In this document: positions 15,510 to 31,021 of the stretch, piece after piece
How positions within the stretch are numbered: the first letter of the stretch is position 1
Layout of the letters: every line of letters starts with the position of its first letter
Assembly: GCF_009914755.1 (NCBI RefSeq)
Contig: NC_060941.1
Length of the DNA stretch: 64,000 bases
Strand: one strand, 5' to 3'
Source of the DNA: the human T2T-CHM13v2.0 reference genome, Homo sapiens
The notes under the pieces: model-generated
The model's database searches: none
What the model saw: the letters and a program-made list of their open reading frames with translations, nothing else
What the model was told of the DNA's origin: nothing
Program-made: the position numbers and the translations under genes

Positions 15510-16764
15510 AACTGAGCCCAAGCGCTGAGGGCGCCTCCTCGACCCCGGTCGTCCCCTCGCCCCCCCCCCCACCCCCCGCCGCCGCCGCCCCTTGTTGCAG
15601 AGCTTGGGCTGGGCGGCTTGCTGGGGCTCGGGGGTGGGGGGCGGCGATCTGTCGCCGGGCCCCCTCCTCCTCCTCACTCCTCACCCTCCAGGGTAGCGGC
15701 TACCGGAGCGCTGCAGGGGGCTGCGCCTGCCTGCTCCGCCCCAGACCTGTCGGCGAAAGGGTAAGGGCACCTCTGCTTTGGGAAAGGGGGATATAGAGGG
15801 GGGCGGGGAAATTCGGCCCACTCGGGCCTGTGTGTGGAAGAAGGGATGTGGGAGTGGGGTGGGGGAGGGAGAAAAGGAGGGTCTGTGATTCTGTGGGTGG
15901 GGTGAAGAAGCTGGTGAGCTGGGCGCCCTCCGGTTTTAAGGGGCGAGAGCAATTCCATTCCTTTTTCCTGAGGGTCACCGGAAGGGGTGGTGGAAGGGGG
16001 ATGTTTCGAGGAAGGTGTGGCCCTCACAGGGAGACTGGGTTGATGTGCACCCCGGTTTAAAGGCGCGAGGTCCCCTTCCCCTCTGGTGCCTTTGCTCCTC
16101 TTCTCCTTTGTAGTGTCTGTGTATTCTTGGGAAGGGAGACTGCTCTGGGTGGCTTGCTGGGTGGATTCCACCCCCTAGCACAGGAAATCTATACCCCTCT
16201 TCTGTAGGGGCGATGGAAGCGTTTCTCTCCCCGTACCCTTCCCCCTTCCCCATCCTCTAGTCTACTGCAATGCTGCAGAAGTCCAAGGCAGTTTCTTCAT
16301 ACACAGACCCATGTATACACAGAAGGGAGGGGGAGCAGGAGAGGGAAGTAATGGCGCTTCCCTTGAAAAGGTTACTCTTTTTCCTTTGGTTTTAAATCGA
16401 CGACAGTATCGTTTTAATACTCTTCCCCTGAGATCTGTCCATGGGAAGTGTATCTGTTCTGGTGTTATTGTTGGGGGATATGGCCTCTCGAGAGGGACAC
16501 CTCTCCTGTTAGAACAGTTTTGATGTCTCTCTTTTTGAGAGATGTCTGGATTGACATTTTTTGTGAGCAGGTTGGATTTTAGTTAGAATTCAAATAAAAT
16601 AATTTTGTACCTCCTCATCCTCATTTCCCTTTTCTTTTTCTATGACTTTTGTAGTTCATGAAGAATTATTGGCCTGGCGCGGTGGCTCACGCCTGTAATC
16701 CCAGCACTTTGGGAGGCCAAGGCGGGCGGATCACGAAGTCAGGAGATCGAGACCATCCTGGCTA

Positions 16765-16972
<208 letters not shown>

Positions 16973-18865
16973 TTATTACATACAGACAGCCTGTCTGATT
17001 CAGGGCATTTCTCCCTAAGCTGTGAATTTTTAGGGTTGATACTGTTGTGTATAATATTGAAATTGGATTTTTTTTAAAATGGTAAGGTTACAAACCTTTC
17101 TGCAGCTGTTTCTTTGTTCTTATTAATCTGCCTAATTATTCTATGATCTATTTTCTGTAGTCAGTCATTTTTCACTTCTTTTGCTACCTGTCATGTTTGT
17201 CTGAAAGCAGATCATCTTATCTGGTTTACAGTAGTACTTGTTGGTTTTGTTCTTAGTTGAGTAGAAATAAAAATTTAAACATTCTGGAAATGTGCTGCCA
17301 AGTGCTTTTTGTGACCAAAGAGTAGTTTTCAAGTCTCCATGTACTGATGATACATTTTTTTCAAGTGTTTAGTAAATACTGGTGATGTGATTTCAAAATA
17401 TTCCACATATGACTATTAATAGAATTAATTTTTTCCCAAAGTGAAGAAGAAGACTAAAATGTGTACAGATAATGAGTTGTCTTTGGTGTATTTAGTGTTT
17501 TCAGCTCTACTTAGTGACTTATTTTTAAATACTTCAAATGCCATCTACATTTTATGTTGTCATTAAATGTTGTCCAATAGAGCTTTTTTGGTGTGTTTGT
17601 TGCATTTTGAAACCTGTTTTAAGATAGGGATTTAAAGGTGTTAGTAGTAGCGCTAGGCACTAACTTAGTTTCTGTCATTTTATATCATGATTTTGATGTA
17701 GGAGACATGGTATGTTAAATAAGTTTTATTTTTTTTTCTCAGAAGATGGAATTCTCTTTTCTTTATTCCCTTTTAATGGTCATCTCAATTCATTGAAATA
17801 ACACTATTCATTTGAGTATTTATTTCATGGGACAAAGCTGCATGTTGTTGATATGTAGAGTTTTCTCCATTATGGCAAATTATGCCAGGAAGTCTGATTC
17901 TCCGTATTATGGCTTGTTGTTGATAATTATTTCATATATACTAGCATGTGTTGATCGAAGCATACTGCTCAGTAAGGAGTGACTGCTTTTACCTTGGGAA
18001 GTTGTAGGCAGAGAGGATTTATCAATAGAGGCTACAAAACTTAAAGGATTTACATAGGGTGTAGGTTAACTATTTACTTGCTATATTTCAGCATGCTATA
18101 ACTAAGGACAACTGAAAAAAAAACAACTCTCTTTTTTCATAGCTGGTAGGAATGTTGCCTAAAAGTGGAAAAGTATGTTCATGATCAATTAGATAAATAC
18201 ATTATTAAGGAAAAATTGCCTGAGGGTTATTTCAGATGACCTCTGATGCCACTGTCAGAAAGAAAATGCTGAGAGCTGTTAGTCTGAGTTGATTCTAGAT
18301 TAGTATGGCACTTCTTATGTTTCTAAATAGTTCATCTACAAAATGGCAGTGTACATCACTTCCTGTTCTTTCACAACTGGCTCTTTCACTGGATTCTCTT
18401 TTAATGACTTAATTTTTGGCATTCTGATATCTGATTTGTTAATTTGGTTATAATTCTCATGTTTTATAGGTGGAAGAATTTCTGAGAATCAGCTGGATTT
18501 AAAGGCTTTTAATAGTTTAAGATTATCTTGACAGTAACAAAACATTGCTTCCAAACTAAAGGATAGTATTGCAAACAAATTTAAACTCTGAGAGGTTTTA
18601 AAGAAGTACAGCAATGTACAGAATCAGAAGTATGAGGGCACTGAATAGAAAATAATTATCGTATTTTTTATAATGTCGATTTTGGGAGAAGTGAGGATAT
18701 GGCAAGTAATTGAATGGGTGTTGATATAAAATAAACTTTCTGTATAACAAGGTGTATACATGATATTTGGGCCCATGTTACGATGCCATTTTAACAGTAA
18801 GAAAGCAACTCTTTAGTTACAGGATACTAGAAAGACTGGATGCTCATAACTAACCATGAGTATGA

Positions 18866-19084
<219 letters not shown>

Positions 19085-19514
19085 TAGTAGAGACGGGGTT
19101 TCACTGTGTTAGCCAGGATGGTCTCGATCTCCTGACCTTGTGATCTGCCCGCCTCAGCCTCCCAGAGTGCTGGGATTACAGGCTTGAGCCACCGTGCCCG
19201 GCAAATTTGCCAGTTCTTAATAGACATGAATATTTAGTAAATCCAGAAGATATCTAGGGGTCAGTTGTTGGCATTGAAATTAGAGTTGAGATCAATCTGT
19301 CTTTCGTGTCTTTCACCTGGAAATAAAGTCTGTGTTTTGCATTTGGCTTATTTGTATATTAAAATCACTTAATTTTTCATTTGTATCTCTGTTTTGTTTT
19401 CACTAGTCTCTGTTACTTATAACAATTAATTGCACTCATACTAATTTAATCTTTTAGAAATGAGGAGCATTTTTGGTACATATTAGTTGAGGGTTGCTGT
19501 TTGGATGAGGATCA

Positions 19515-19691
<177 letters not shown>

Positions 19692-19868
19692 TTAGCATGG
19701 GCTAGGCATGGTGGTTTATGCCTATAATCCCAGCATGCTGGGGGCTGAGGCTGGAGGATCACTTGAGCCTAGGAGTTTGAGGCCAGCCTGGGCAACATAG
19801 TGAGACCCTGTCTCCAAAAGATAAAAAATGAAAATATTAGTGGGGCGTGATGGTGCGTGCTTGTTCTA

Positions 19869-20124
<256 letters not shown>

Positions 20125-20127
20125 CTA

Positions 20128-20361
<234 letters not shown>

Positions 20362-20415
20362 TCACCTGCCTTTAGGTATGTGTACTTTTTTTTTTTTTTT
20401 TTTTTTTGAATTTGA

Positions 20416-20625
<210 letters not shown>

Positions 20626-21528
20626 TGAACTCCTCAGCTCCAGCTATCTACCTGCCTTGGCCTCCCAAAGTGCTGAGATTACAGACATGAGCCACTGCAC
20701 CCGGCCCGATTTCCGTACTTACTATTAATGGTTGGATTTTAAAAATTATTCTTCAGGTTTTCCTATTATAAAATATGAGAGGATACAACCTGTATTAGTT
20801 CATTCCATTCTTAAAGTATTTTAGTTTTTAGTAATAAAAATTGATGTTTAATTTCATTAAAGATGTCTCATACCTTCTAAAAATCTACATGAATTAAAAA
20901 GTTGTGTGGAGGGACTAGCAGCAATTATTTTCAGCTGGGACGTTTCTGTCATCATATGGTAACAGTTATTTCTGTATCAGTCTATTTGTGCCAGAAGCAG
21001 ACTTTTTGTTCTAAAATACAGTCTAAGGCTATACCTTTTTGATGACAAAATTAAGTATCCTATAAAAGTTGGAAGAGTTTTTAAAATGTTAAGTACCTGG
21101 CATGTAAATAAAGTAAGTAAAAGTATAAATTATTAAGTGCCTTGCATAATAGATATACTGCAGCCTCCTAAAAATGCCAGTGACCGTTATGCTGTAGGTT
21201 GTTATTTAAATATAATGGCACTTAATTACCGTCTAATTTATCTTTAAAGCTGAGAAGGGGCTAATTTTTCCTTTTGATAAAATTATTTGATCAAATAGTT
21301 TTATGCAGGTTTAGAAGTAGATGAATTACTGTAACATTTAGAAAGACATTCAAAGTTTAGTTTCTGAGAAATATTATCAAATAATAGGATGGAACAAAAC
21401 TTTCTGGTTTGCAGCTACCAATAATAAAATTGGCACTTACTATATATTAATGTTGGCTGGGCGTGGTGGCTCACGCCTGTAATCCTAGCACTTTGGGAGA
21501 CCGTAGATCACTTTAGGTCAGGAGTTCA

Positions 21529-22128
<600 letters not shown>

Positions 22129-22355
22129 TCAGGAGTTCGAGACCAGCCTGGCCAGCATGGTGAAACCCTGTCTCTACTAAAAATACAAAAAATTAGCCGG
22201 GCATGGTGGCGCGCACCTGTAGTCTCAGCTACTCAGGAAGTTGAGGCAGGAGAGTTGCTTGAACTCAGCAGGCGGAGGTTGCAGTGAGCCGAGATCGTGC
22301 CATTGCACTCCAGCCTGGGCAACAGAGTGAGATTCCGTCCCCCCCCCCAAAAAAA

Positions 22356-22595
22356 AATATATATATATACATGTATACATGTATATATGTATATTCATGT
22401 ATGATACATGTATACATGTATACATGTATATTCATGTATGCATACATGAATATACATGTATGTATATACATATATACACGTATATATACACGTATGTATA
22501 TATGTATACATGTATATTCGTGTGTATATATGTATATTCATGTATGTATATATGTATATACATGTATATATATGTGTATATATATATATGTATGT
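22356..22595. repeat. (TA/TG/CA)n low-complexity microsatellite grown from an Alu tail
   Basis: ~240 bp of ATATAC/ATGTAT units; generates the Y/I/M/C/H-rich spurious ORFs. Confidence 0.95.
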
Positions 22596-23185
22596 CACCA
22601 TTTACTAGTGTAAATGTGTAACTTTTTCAGTTTTTGTTTTTTTGAGATGGGGTCTTGCTGTGTCACCCAGGTGGGAGTGCAGTGGCACAGTCATGGCCCA
22701 TAGCAGCCTCTACCTTCAGGGCCCAAGCCGTGAGTAGCTGAGACTGCAGGCCTATGCCACCATACTTGGCTTATTTTAAAGTTTTTTTCGAGAAACGGGG
22801 TCTCTATGTTGCCCAATCTGGTCTCAAACTCATGGGGGCTCAGGCAGTCCTCCCTCCTCAGCATCCCAAAGAGCTGGGATTACAGGCATGAGCCACAGTA
22901 CCAGGCCTGTGGTAACTTCTTTATTTAACTATTTATGCCTCACCTTTTCTTTTCTTTTTTTTTGAGACGGAATTTTGCTCTTGTTGCCCAGGCTGGAGTG
23001 CAATGGCATGATCTCGCTCACTGCAACCCCTGCCTCCCAGGTTCAAGCGATTCTCCTGCCTCAGCCTCCCAACAGCTGGGATTACAGGTATGCGCCACCA
23101 TGCCCAGCTAATTTTTTGTATTTTTAGTAGAGACGGGGTTTCTCCATGTTGGTCAGGCTGGTCATGAACTCGTGACCTCAGGTGA

Positions 23186-23577
<392 letters not shown>

Positions 23578-23744
23578 TGAAGATAGTATATACTGGGTTG
23601 TTTAAATAGGATAATGCTTGCTAAGTACTTAACTTACTGCCTGATACATGCTAACACTCAATAAATTGTTGGCTATCACACACTAGCTGCCTAATATAAA
23701 TGTTTATGAGTACATTGAGATAATTTTTTTTTTTTTTTTTTTGA

Positions 23745-24002
<258 letters not shown>

Positions 24003-24018
24003 TAATATTTAAGGATGA

Positions 24019-24259
<241 letters not shown>

Positions 24260-25022
24260 TAGCCAGGATGGTCTTGATCTCCTGACCTCGTGATCTGCCC
24301 GCCTTGGCCTCCCAAAGTGCTGGGATTACAGGCGTGAGCCACTGCGCCTGGTGATATTGGATTTATATATCTGGAGTCTGACATACATTTTTGAAAGAAA
24401 TAGTTAGAATATCAAGGTAGCTTAGTAACTTTTTGCACCTATAATGGACTACTGTGTAGTACTTAATGGGAGTTTTTTTCTTTCTTTGGGATAGATTCTC
24501 GCTCTGTCACTCAGGCTGGAGTGCAGTGGTGAGATCAAAGTTCACTACAGCCTCAATCTTCTGGACTTAGCGATCCTCTCACCTCAGCCACCTCAGCAGC
24601 TAGGACTACAGGCGTGCACCACCACACCTGGCTAATTTTTTTTTATTTTTAGTACAGACGAGATCTCACTATGTTGCCCAGGTTGGTCTTGATCTTCTGA
24701 GTTTAAGTGATCCTTCTGCCTTGTTCTCCCAAAGTGGTGAGATTATACACAGGAGCCACTGTGCCCACCTCTGATGGGAGTTTTTAATTTATCACAGGTT
24801 TTCTTTTTCCTTTGCTGGATATAAAGCCTGTCTTAAGAAATGACATTTCAGGCCGGGCGTGGTGGCTCAGGCCTGTAATCTCAGCACTTTGGGAGGCCGA
24901 GGTGGGTGGATTGCTTGAGGTCAGGAGTTCAAGACCATCCTGGCCAAAGTGGTGAAACCCCGTCTTTACTAAAAACACAAAAATTAGCTGGGTGTGGTAG
25001 TGGGCGCCTGTAATCCCAGCTA

Positions 25023-25127
<105 letters not shown>

Positions 25128-25971
25128 TCAAAAAAAAAAAAAAAAAACAACAAATGACATTTCTTTTCCAGTACTTACTTTGTTTATTTAAGAAAAATTT
25201 GGTATCCCTCTTCTACCTCCTGGAGCTCTTTTTACCATCCCTGTCTTTGAAGGGATTCAGAGTACCCATGCTCTTCTACGCATTTTTATTTAGGTATCTT
25301 TTGTAGGTATGTCCTTACCTTGAAAGTGCCTTACGTTCCAAAATGTATTAATTCAACAAACTTTAAGTGATTATTATGTGCCAGATAAGACAGTATTTCA
25401 GCCCTGGGAGAATTCCACCTTCTGAATAGTTTTCTCAAGCTAGATAATCATAGGAAAGCAAGGACTTTCCCATAATTTTTAGTTCCTCTAAGCCAGTGCT
25501 TTCAAACTTTAGTTTGTGATCCATTAATGGCTTGTAAATTCAATTTAGTGAGTCACAATAACAATTTTAAAAAGTAATGGGGAGTGTCAGTGTGGTGCAT
25601 AAAGTAAGGGTAAACATTATTATGGGAAACTTTTGTTTGCCTCTTTTTTTTTTTTTTTTTTTTTTTGATGCCAGGGTCTTGCTCTGTTGCCCAGGCTGGA
25701 ACGCAGTGGTGTGATCATAGTTCACTGCGGCCTCCACCTCCTGGCTCAAGTGATCCTCCCACCTCAGCCTCCTGAGTAACTGCGACTACAGGTGTGCACC
25801 ACCACACCCGGCTAATTTTTGAAAAAATTTTTTTGTGCAGACAGGGTCTTGCTATGTTGCCCAGGATGGTCTCAAATTCCTGATCTTAAGTTATCCTCTT
25901 GCCTTGGCCTCCCAAAGTGCTGGTATTACAGGTGTAAGCTATTGTGCTCAGCAGTTTGCCACATTTTTATA

Positions 25972-26384
25972 TGTTCTGGGTACCCAGTTACACTGTTATA
26001 AAGACATACCTGAGACTGGGTAATTTATAAAGAAAATAGGTTTAATGTGCTCACGGTTCTGTGGGCTATACAGGCATCTGCATCTGGGGAGGCTTCAGAA
26101 AACTTACAATCATAGCGGAAGTGGAAGTGGGCATATTTTCCCATGGTTGGCAGGAGAGAGAGGGAGAGTGTGCATGTGTGTGGACACGCAAGCGAGTGAA
26201 GGGGGAAGTGCTACAAACTTTCCACTTTCCAACAACAGTAGCTCTTGAGAACTCACTATCAACTAGAACAGCAAGGGGGAAATCCACCCCAATGATCCAA
26301 TCATTTCCACCAGGTCCCTCCCCCAACTTTGGAGATTACAATTTAACATGAGATTTGGGTAGGGACACAGAGCCAAACCATATC
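25972..26384 (-). mobile_element. MST-type MaLR LTR
   Basis: Typical motifs ATAAAGACATACCTGAGACTGGGTAATTTATAAAGAAAA...GAGATTTGGGTAGGGACACAGAGCCAAACCATATCA. Confidence 0.85.
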
Positions 26385-26414
26385 ACTTTCTTTTTCTTCT
26401 CTTTTTTTTTTTGA

Positions 26415-26543
<129 letters not shown>

Positions 26544-27710
26544 TAATTTTTGTACTTTTTGTTCTTTTTGTTTGAGACGGGGTTTCGCCATGTTGGCCAG
26601 GCTGGTCTTGACTCCTGGCCTCAGGTGATCTGCCCACCTTGGCCTCCCAAAGTGCTAGAATTATAAGCGTGAGCCACTGTGCCTGAACTAAAATTTCTTT
26701 TTTTACCTCATCCCTTTTACTTCTAATCTTCTGTCTCTGAAGTATGCTTGTTTTAGTTTGCTTTTTCCTTTTTCTTTCAACAACTCTCCTTCAATCTCTA
26801 CTGATTCATCTGTAGTCTATTTAGTCGTTATATTGGGTATATTTACCTTTCCTAGGTTTCAAAGCTTAGGAGATAGCAAGGACTTTGCCTAAAAGGTCCT
26901 GGGCAGGGTACCAGTAGTTTTGGATAATCATGGTAACTTCTGAGGTTTTTGTATTAAGGAACGTGTTATCAGATATCTAATGTCACACACTATGTGTGAG
27001 TGCAGTTTCTCATGAATTGCAGAATTTTAAAAAAAGAAGACTTTCTATTTAATTTTTTTAAGACGGTCTCAGTCCCCTTCCCTATGCTAGAGTCCAGTGG
27101 CACACAATGATGGCTCACTGTGCCTCTACTTCCCGGGCTCAGGTGATCCTTTTACCTCAGCCTACCAAGTAGCTGAGACTACAGTCATGCGCCACCATAC
27201 CTGACTAATTCTTTTGTATTTTTTGTAGAGATTAGGTTTTGTCACATTGCCCAAGCTGGTCTCGAACTCCTGAGCTCAAGCAATCTGCCTGCCTCAGCCT
27301 CCGAAAGTGCTGGGATTACAGGTGTGAGCCACCATGCCTGGTTGAAAACTTTTTATTTGGAGGATATTAAGAAAATATCTTTTATTTTTATTTTATTTGG
27401 GGACATATATAGATTTGATTTAATTGAAATACGTCTGTTCATAAAATTATTATGTGACTAATTAAGTATATTAAGTATATTTTAAAAATGCCAGGCCAGA
27501 CGTGATGGGTCATGTCTTTAATCCTAGCACTTTGGGAGGCCGAGGTGGGTGGATCACTTGAGGTCACGAGTTCAAAACCAGCCTGGCCAACATGCTGAAA
27601 CCCTGTCTCTACTAAAAATACAAAAAAATTAGGCCCGGCGCAGTGGCTTACGCCTGTAAGCCCAGCACTTTGGGAGGCCGAAGTGGGCAGATCACAAGGT
27701 CAAGAGATCA

Positions 27711-27962
<252 letters not shown>

Positions 27963-29738
27963 TTATGTTTTAGTTGATGTTTTTAATTCACTCATGGTAG
28001 TAGTTACAAACCTCTAGTTTGTATTTTGGATTGATTTGTTACAATTTATTCCCATTGAGGCTGAGAAAGAGGTTTCAGAAAAGGTTGATGAACAGCATTA
28101 CTAAACAAGGTCAAGGTTTTTCCGTTTTTAGACTTGGGGAATTTAGGGTTACTGAAAATTGGAAAAGCTTTGTCTTTTTGCCAAAACCATCCATATCCTT
28201 GATTGTACTTGATAAGGAAACTTTGCTCTTCCTTGTTGTACAGAAACTTTGTATAGTATATGTTGTTTTATTTAATATATAGTATTTAAGTAATCTCCTG
28301 CTGCATAAATGGTAGATGATGATGATGTTTTATAGGGCTCATTACTTGATAGGAGTATGGTATTTCAGTTGGTTTTATTTACTGGAATTAGAGTTTTGAG
28401 TCCCAGAGGGGCAATATAATGTGCTCACTTTCAGATTCTTTTTTGTTTTTTGTGTTTCTTTTCAGACAGGGTCTTGCTCTGTCACCCAGGCTGGAGTGTA
28501 GTGGCACAATCACAGCTCACTGCAGCCCTGACCTCTTACACCGAAGCAGTCCTCATACGTCAGCCTCCCAAAGTGCTGGGATTACAGGTGTGAGCCACCA
28601 TGCCTGGCCTAGATTCTTTACTTTGACATGTCGTTATTAGTGATAATGATTTTTTAATTCTCTAGAAAAGTACAAATAATTTGAAAATGGAGTAATTAAA
28701 AGATCATTTTATCTTCAGCTTAGGTAGTGAAAAAGTATTTTTGTGTTTTATGTGTGAATGTCTAGTTCTATAAAATAATGCCATTAATCTTTAATCAAGA
28801 ATAAAAAAGTTGGCTGGGCATGTAAAAAATAAAACAGTGTTGAGATATGAAATATTTCTGTGTGTGTGTGGGGGGGGATTTTGTTTTGTTTTGTTTTGTT
28901 TTTGAGACAGGGTCTTACTCTTTTAAGAACCTGTTGTAGGACTCCAGACTGGAGTGCAGTGGTAGGATCACAGCTCACTGCAGTCTTGACCTCCTGGGCT
29001 CAAGTGATCCTCCTGCCTCAGCCCCACAAGTAGCTAGGACTACAGCCCTGTGCTACCACACCCAGCGAATTTTTTGTATTTTTAGTAGAGACGGCTTCAC
29101 CGTGTTGCCCAGGCTGGTCTTGGATTGCTGGACTCAAGTGATCCACCCAGCTCAATCTCCCAAGGTGTCAGGATTACAGGCATGAGCCACCACACCTGGC
29201 CTGAAATATTTGCTAAAATAAGTAAAATAACTATGATATAAAAACTTTTGGCTAGGCATGATATCTTCCGCCTGTAATCCCAGCACTTTGGGAGACTGAG
29301 ACAAGGGGATCGCTTGAGCCCAGGAACTCAAGACCAGCCTGGCAACATAGTAAGGCCTCATCTCTACTAAAAATAAAAAATTAGCCAAGTACGGTGGCAT
29401 GTGCCTGTGGTCCCAGCTACTCAGGAGGCTGAGGCAGGAGGATTGCTGGAACCTAGGAGGATGGAGTTACAGTGAGCCATGGTTGTGCTACTGCATTCCA
29501 GCTTGGGCAACAGTGAGACCCTGTGTCTAAATAAATAAATAGGTAAGTAAAAACTGTTTAATTTTTTGACAATATGTTAAAATACACTACCATTCTGTAT
29601 TTTAACATAAATTTTATTAGATTCAAGTTAGGTGGAATGATAGCCAAGATTTTAGTATCCATTATTTTACTCTATTTTATTCAAATGGCACTATGATATG
29701 AGTTCAAAAAATTTTTGAAACAGTGTCCTTTGTTTTGA

Positions 29739-29906
<168 letters not shown>

Positions 29907-30299
29907 TAGTAGAGATGGGGTTTCACCATGTTGGTCAGGCTAGTCTCAAACTCGTGACCTCAGGTGATACACCCGCCTTGGCCTCCCAGAGTGCTGGGAT
30001 TACAGGCGTGAGCCACCTTGCCCTGCTGAAACAGTGTCCTTTTAAAAATGCTTTCAGAGCACAGTCATTAAGCCAGTTGGTTTACTCATGCTGCAGTAAA
30101 TTTGGAAATAAATTTCAGTTTAATACTCTTTTGAGATATTCACATAGTTATAATTTGTAATTTGTTGGTATGTACTATGAAAACACCAAGTCAAGATAGT
30201 GATTGATGGAATTTGCTTTTAAAGACCACAAGTTTAGGCCAGGAGTGGTGGCTCATGCCTGTAATCCCAGCATTTTGGGAGGCCGAGGTGGGCGGATCA

Positions 30300-30539
<240 letters not shown>

Positions 30540-30808
30540 TTAGCCAGTAAGTTATGTAGCTTTCATATCAAAGTAAGATTCAGCAATGACATACGTATTT
30601 CTTATATTTTTTGAGTGCAGCATTCTAGGCAGTGTGGTTATTAAAATAGGTTCAGTAATGACACATCTGTATTTATTAATACATTTTTTTGGTGTGTTAT
30701 TTTGTAGATACTGTGCCAGTATACAGAAATCAGTAAGACTTGATCCCTCCCATTTTGTAGTTTAGTAGGGATACAGGCTTGCAAGTAAATACATACAATA
30801 GTGTAGTG

Positions 30809-31021
30809 CAGGGTTTCCCAACCGTGGTAGTATTGACATTTTGGGTAGGATAATTCATTGTTGGGGGGATCTGTGCTATGCATTATAGCATATTTTGCAG
30901 CATCACTGGCTTTTACCCATTAGATGCCAGTAGCGTCACCCCTGGTTGTGATGATCAAAAAATGTTTCAGGTATTACCAAATGTCCCCTAGGGAGCAAAA
31001 TCACCTGATTGAGAACCATTT
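30809..31021. mobile_element. MER20 (hAT-Charlie) DNA transposon
   Basis: CAGGGTTTCCCAACC...ACCCATTAGATGCCAGTAGC...CCAAATGTCCCCTAGGGAGCAAAATCACCTGATTGAGAACCA; degenerate TIRs. Confidence 0.85.

Larger units (their letters stand above)
15099..15760 (+). other. TAOK1: TAOK1 non-coding exon 1 (5'UTR); start approximate
   Basis: Strong 5' splice site AGG|GTAAGG at 15760/15761 at the end of the GC-rich block; no ATG on + strand from 15101 to 15760; MIR4523 embedded. TSS position is from recall of the annotated exon length, not derivable from the sequence. Confidence 0.85.
14850..16100. promoter_or_regulatory. TAOK1: CpG island promoter of TAOK1
   Basis: Very high GC and CpG content against CpG-depleted flanks; GC boxes (CCGCCCC), TCTCGCGAGA palindrome, YY1 motif; contains the MIR4523 hairpin, which is known to lie in TAOK1 exon 1. 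Confidence 0.93.

Noticed and set aside
14867-16171. 208-aa and 165-aa minus-strand ORFs in the CpG island
   Set aside because: Pro/Arg/Gly-rich stop-poor frames expected from high GC; non-ATG starts; no recognisable domain.
22225-22621. Overlapping Y/I/M/C/H-rich ORFs
   Set aside because: Artefacts of the TA/CA microsatellite.
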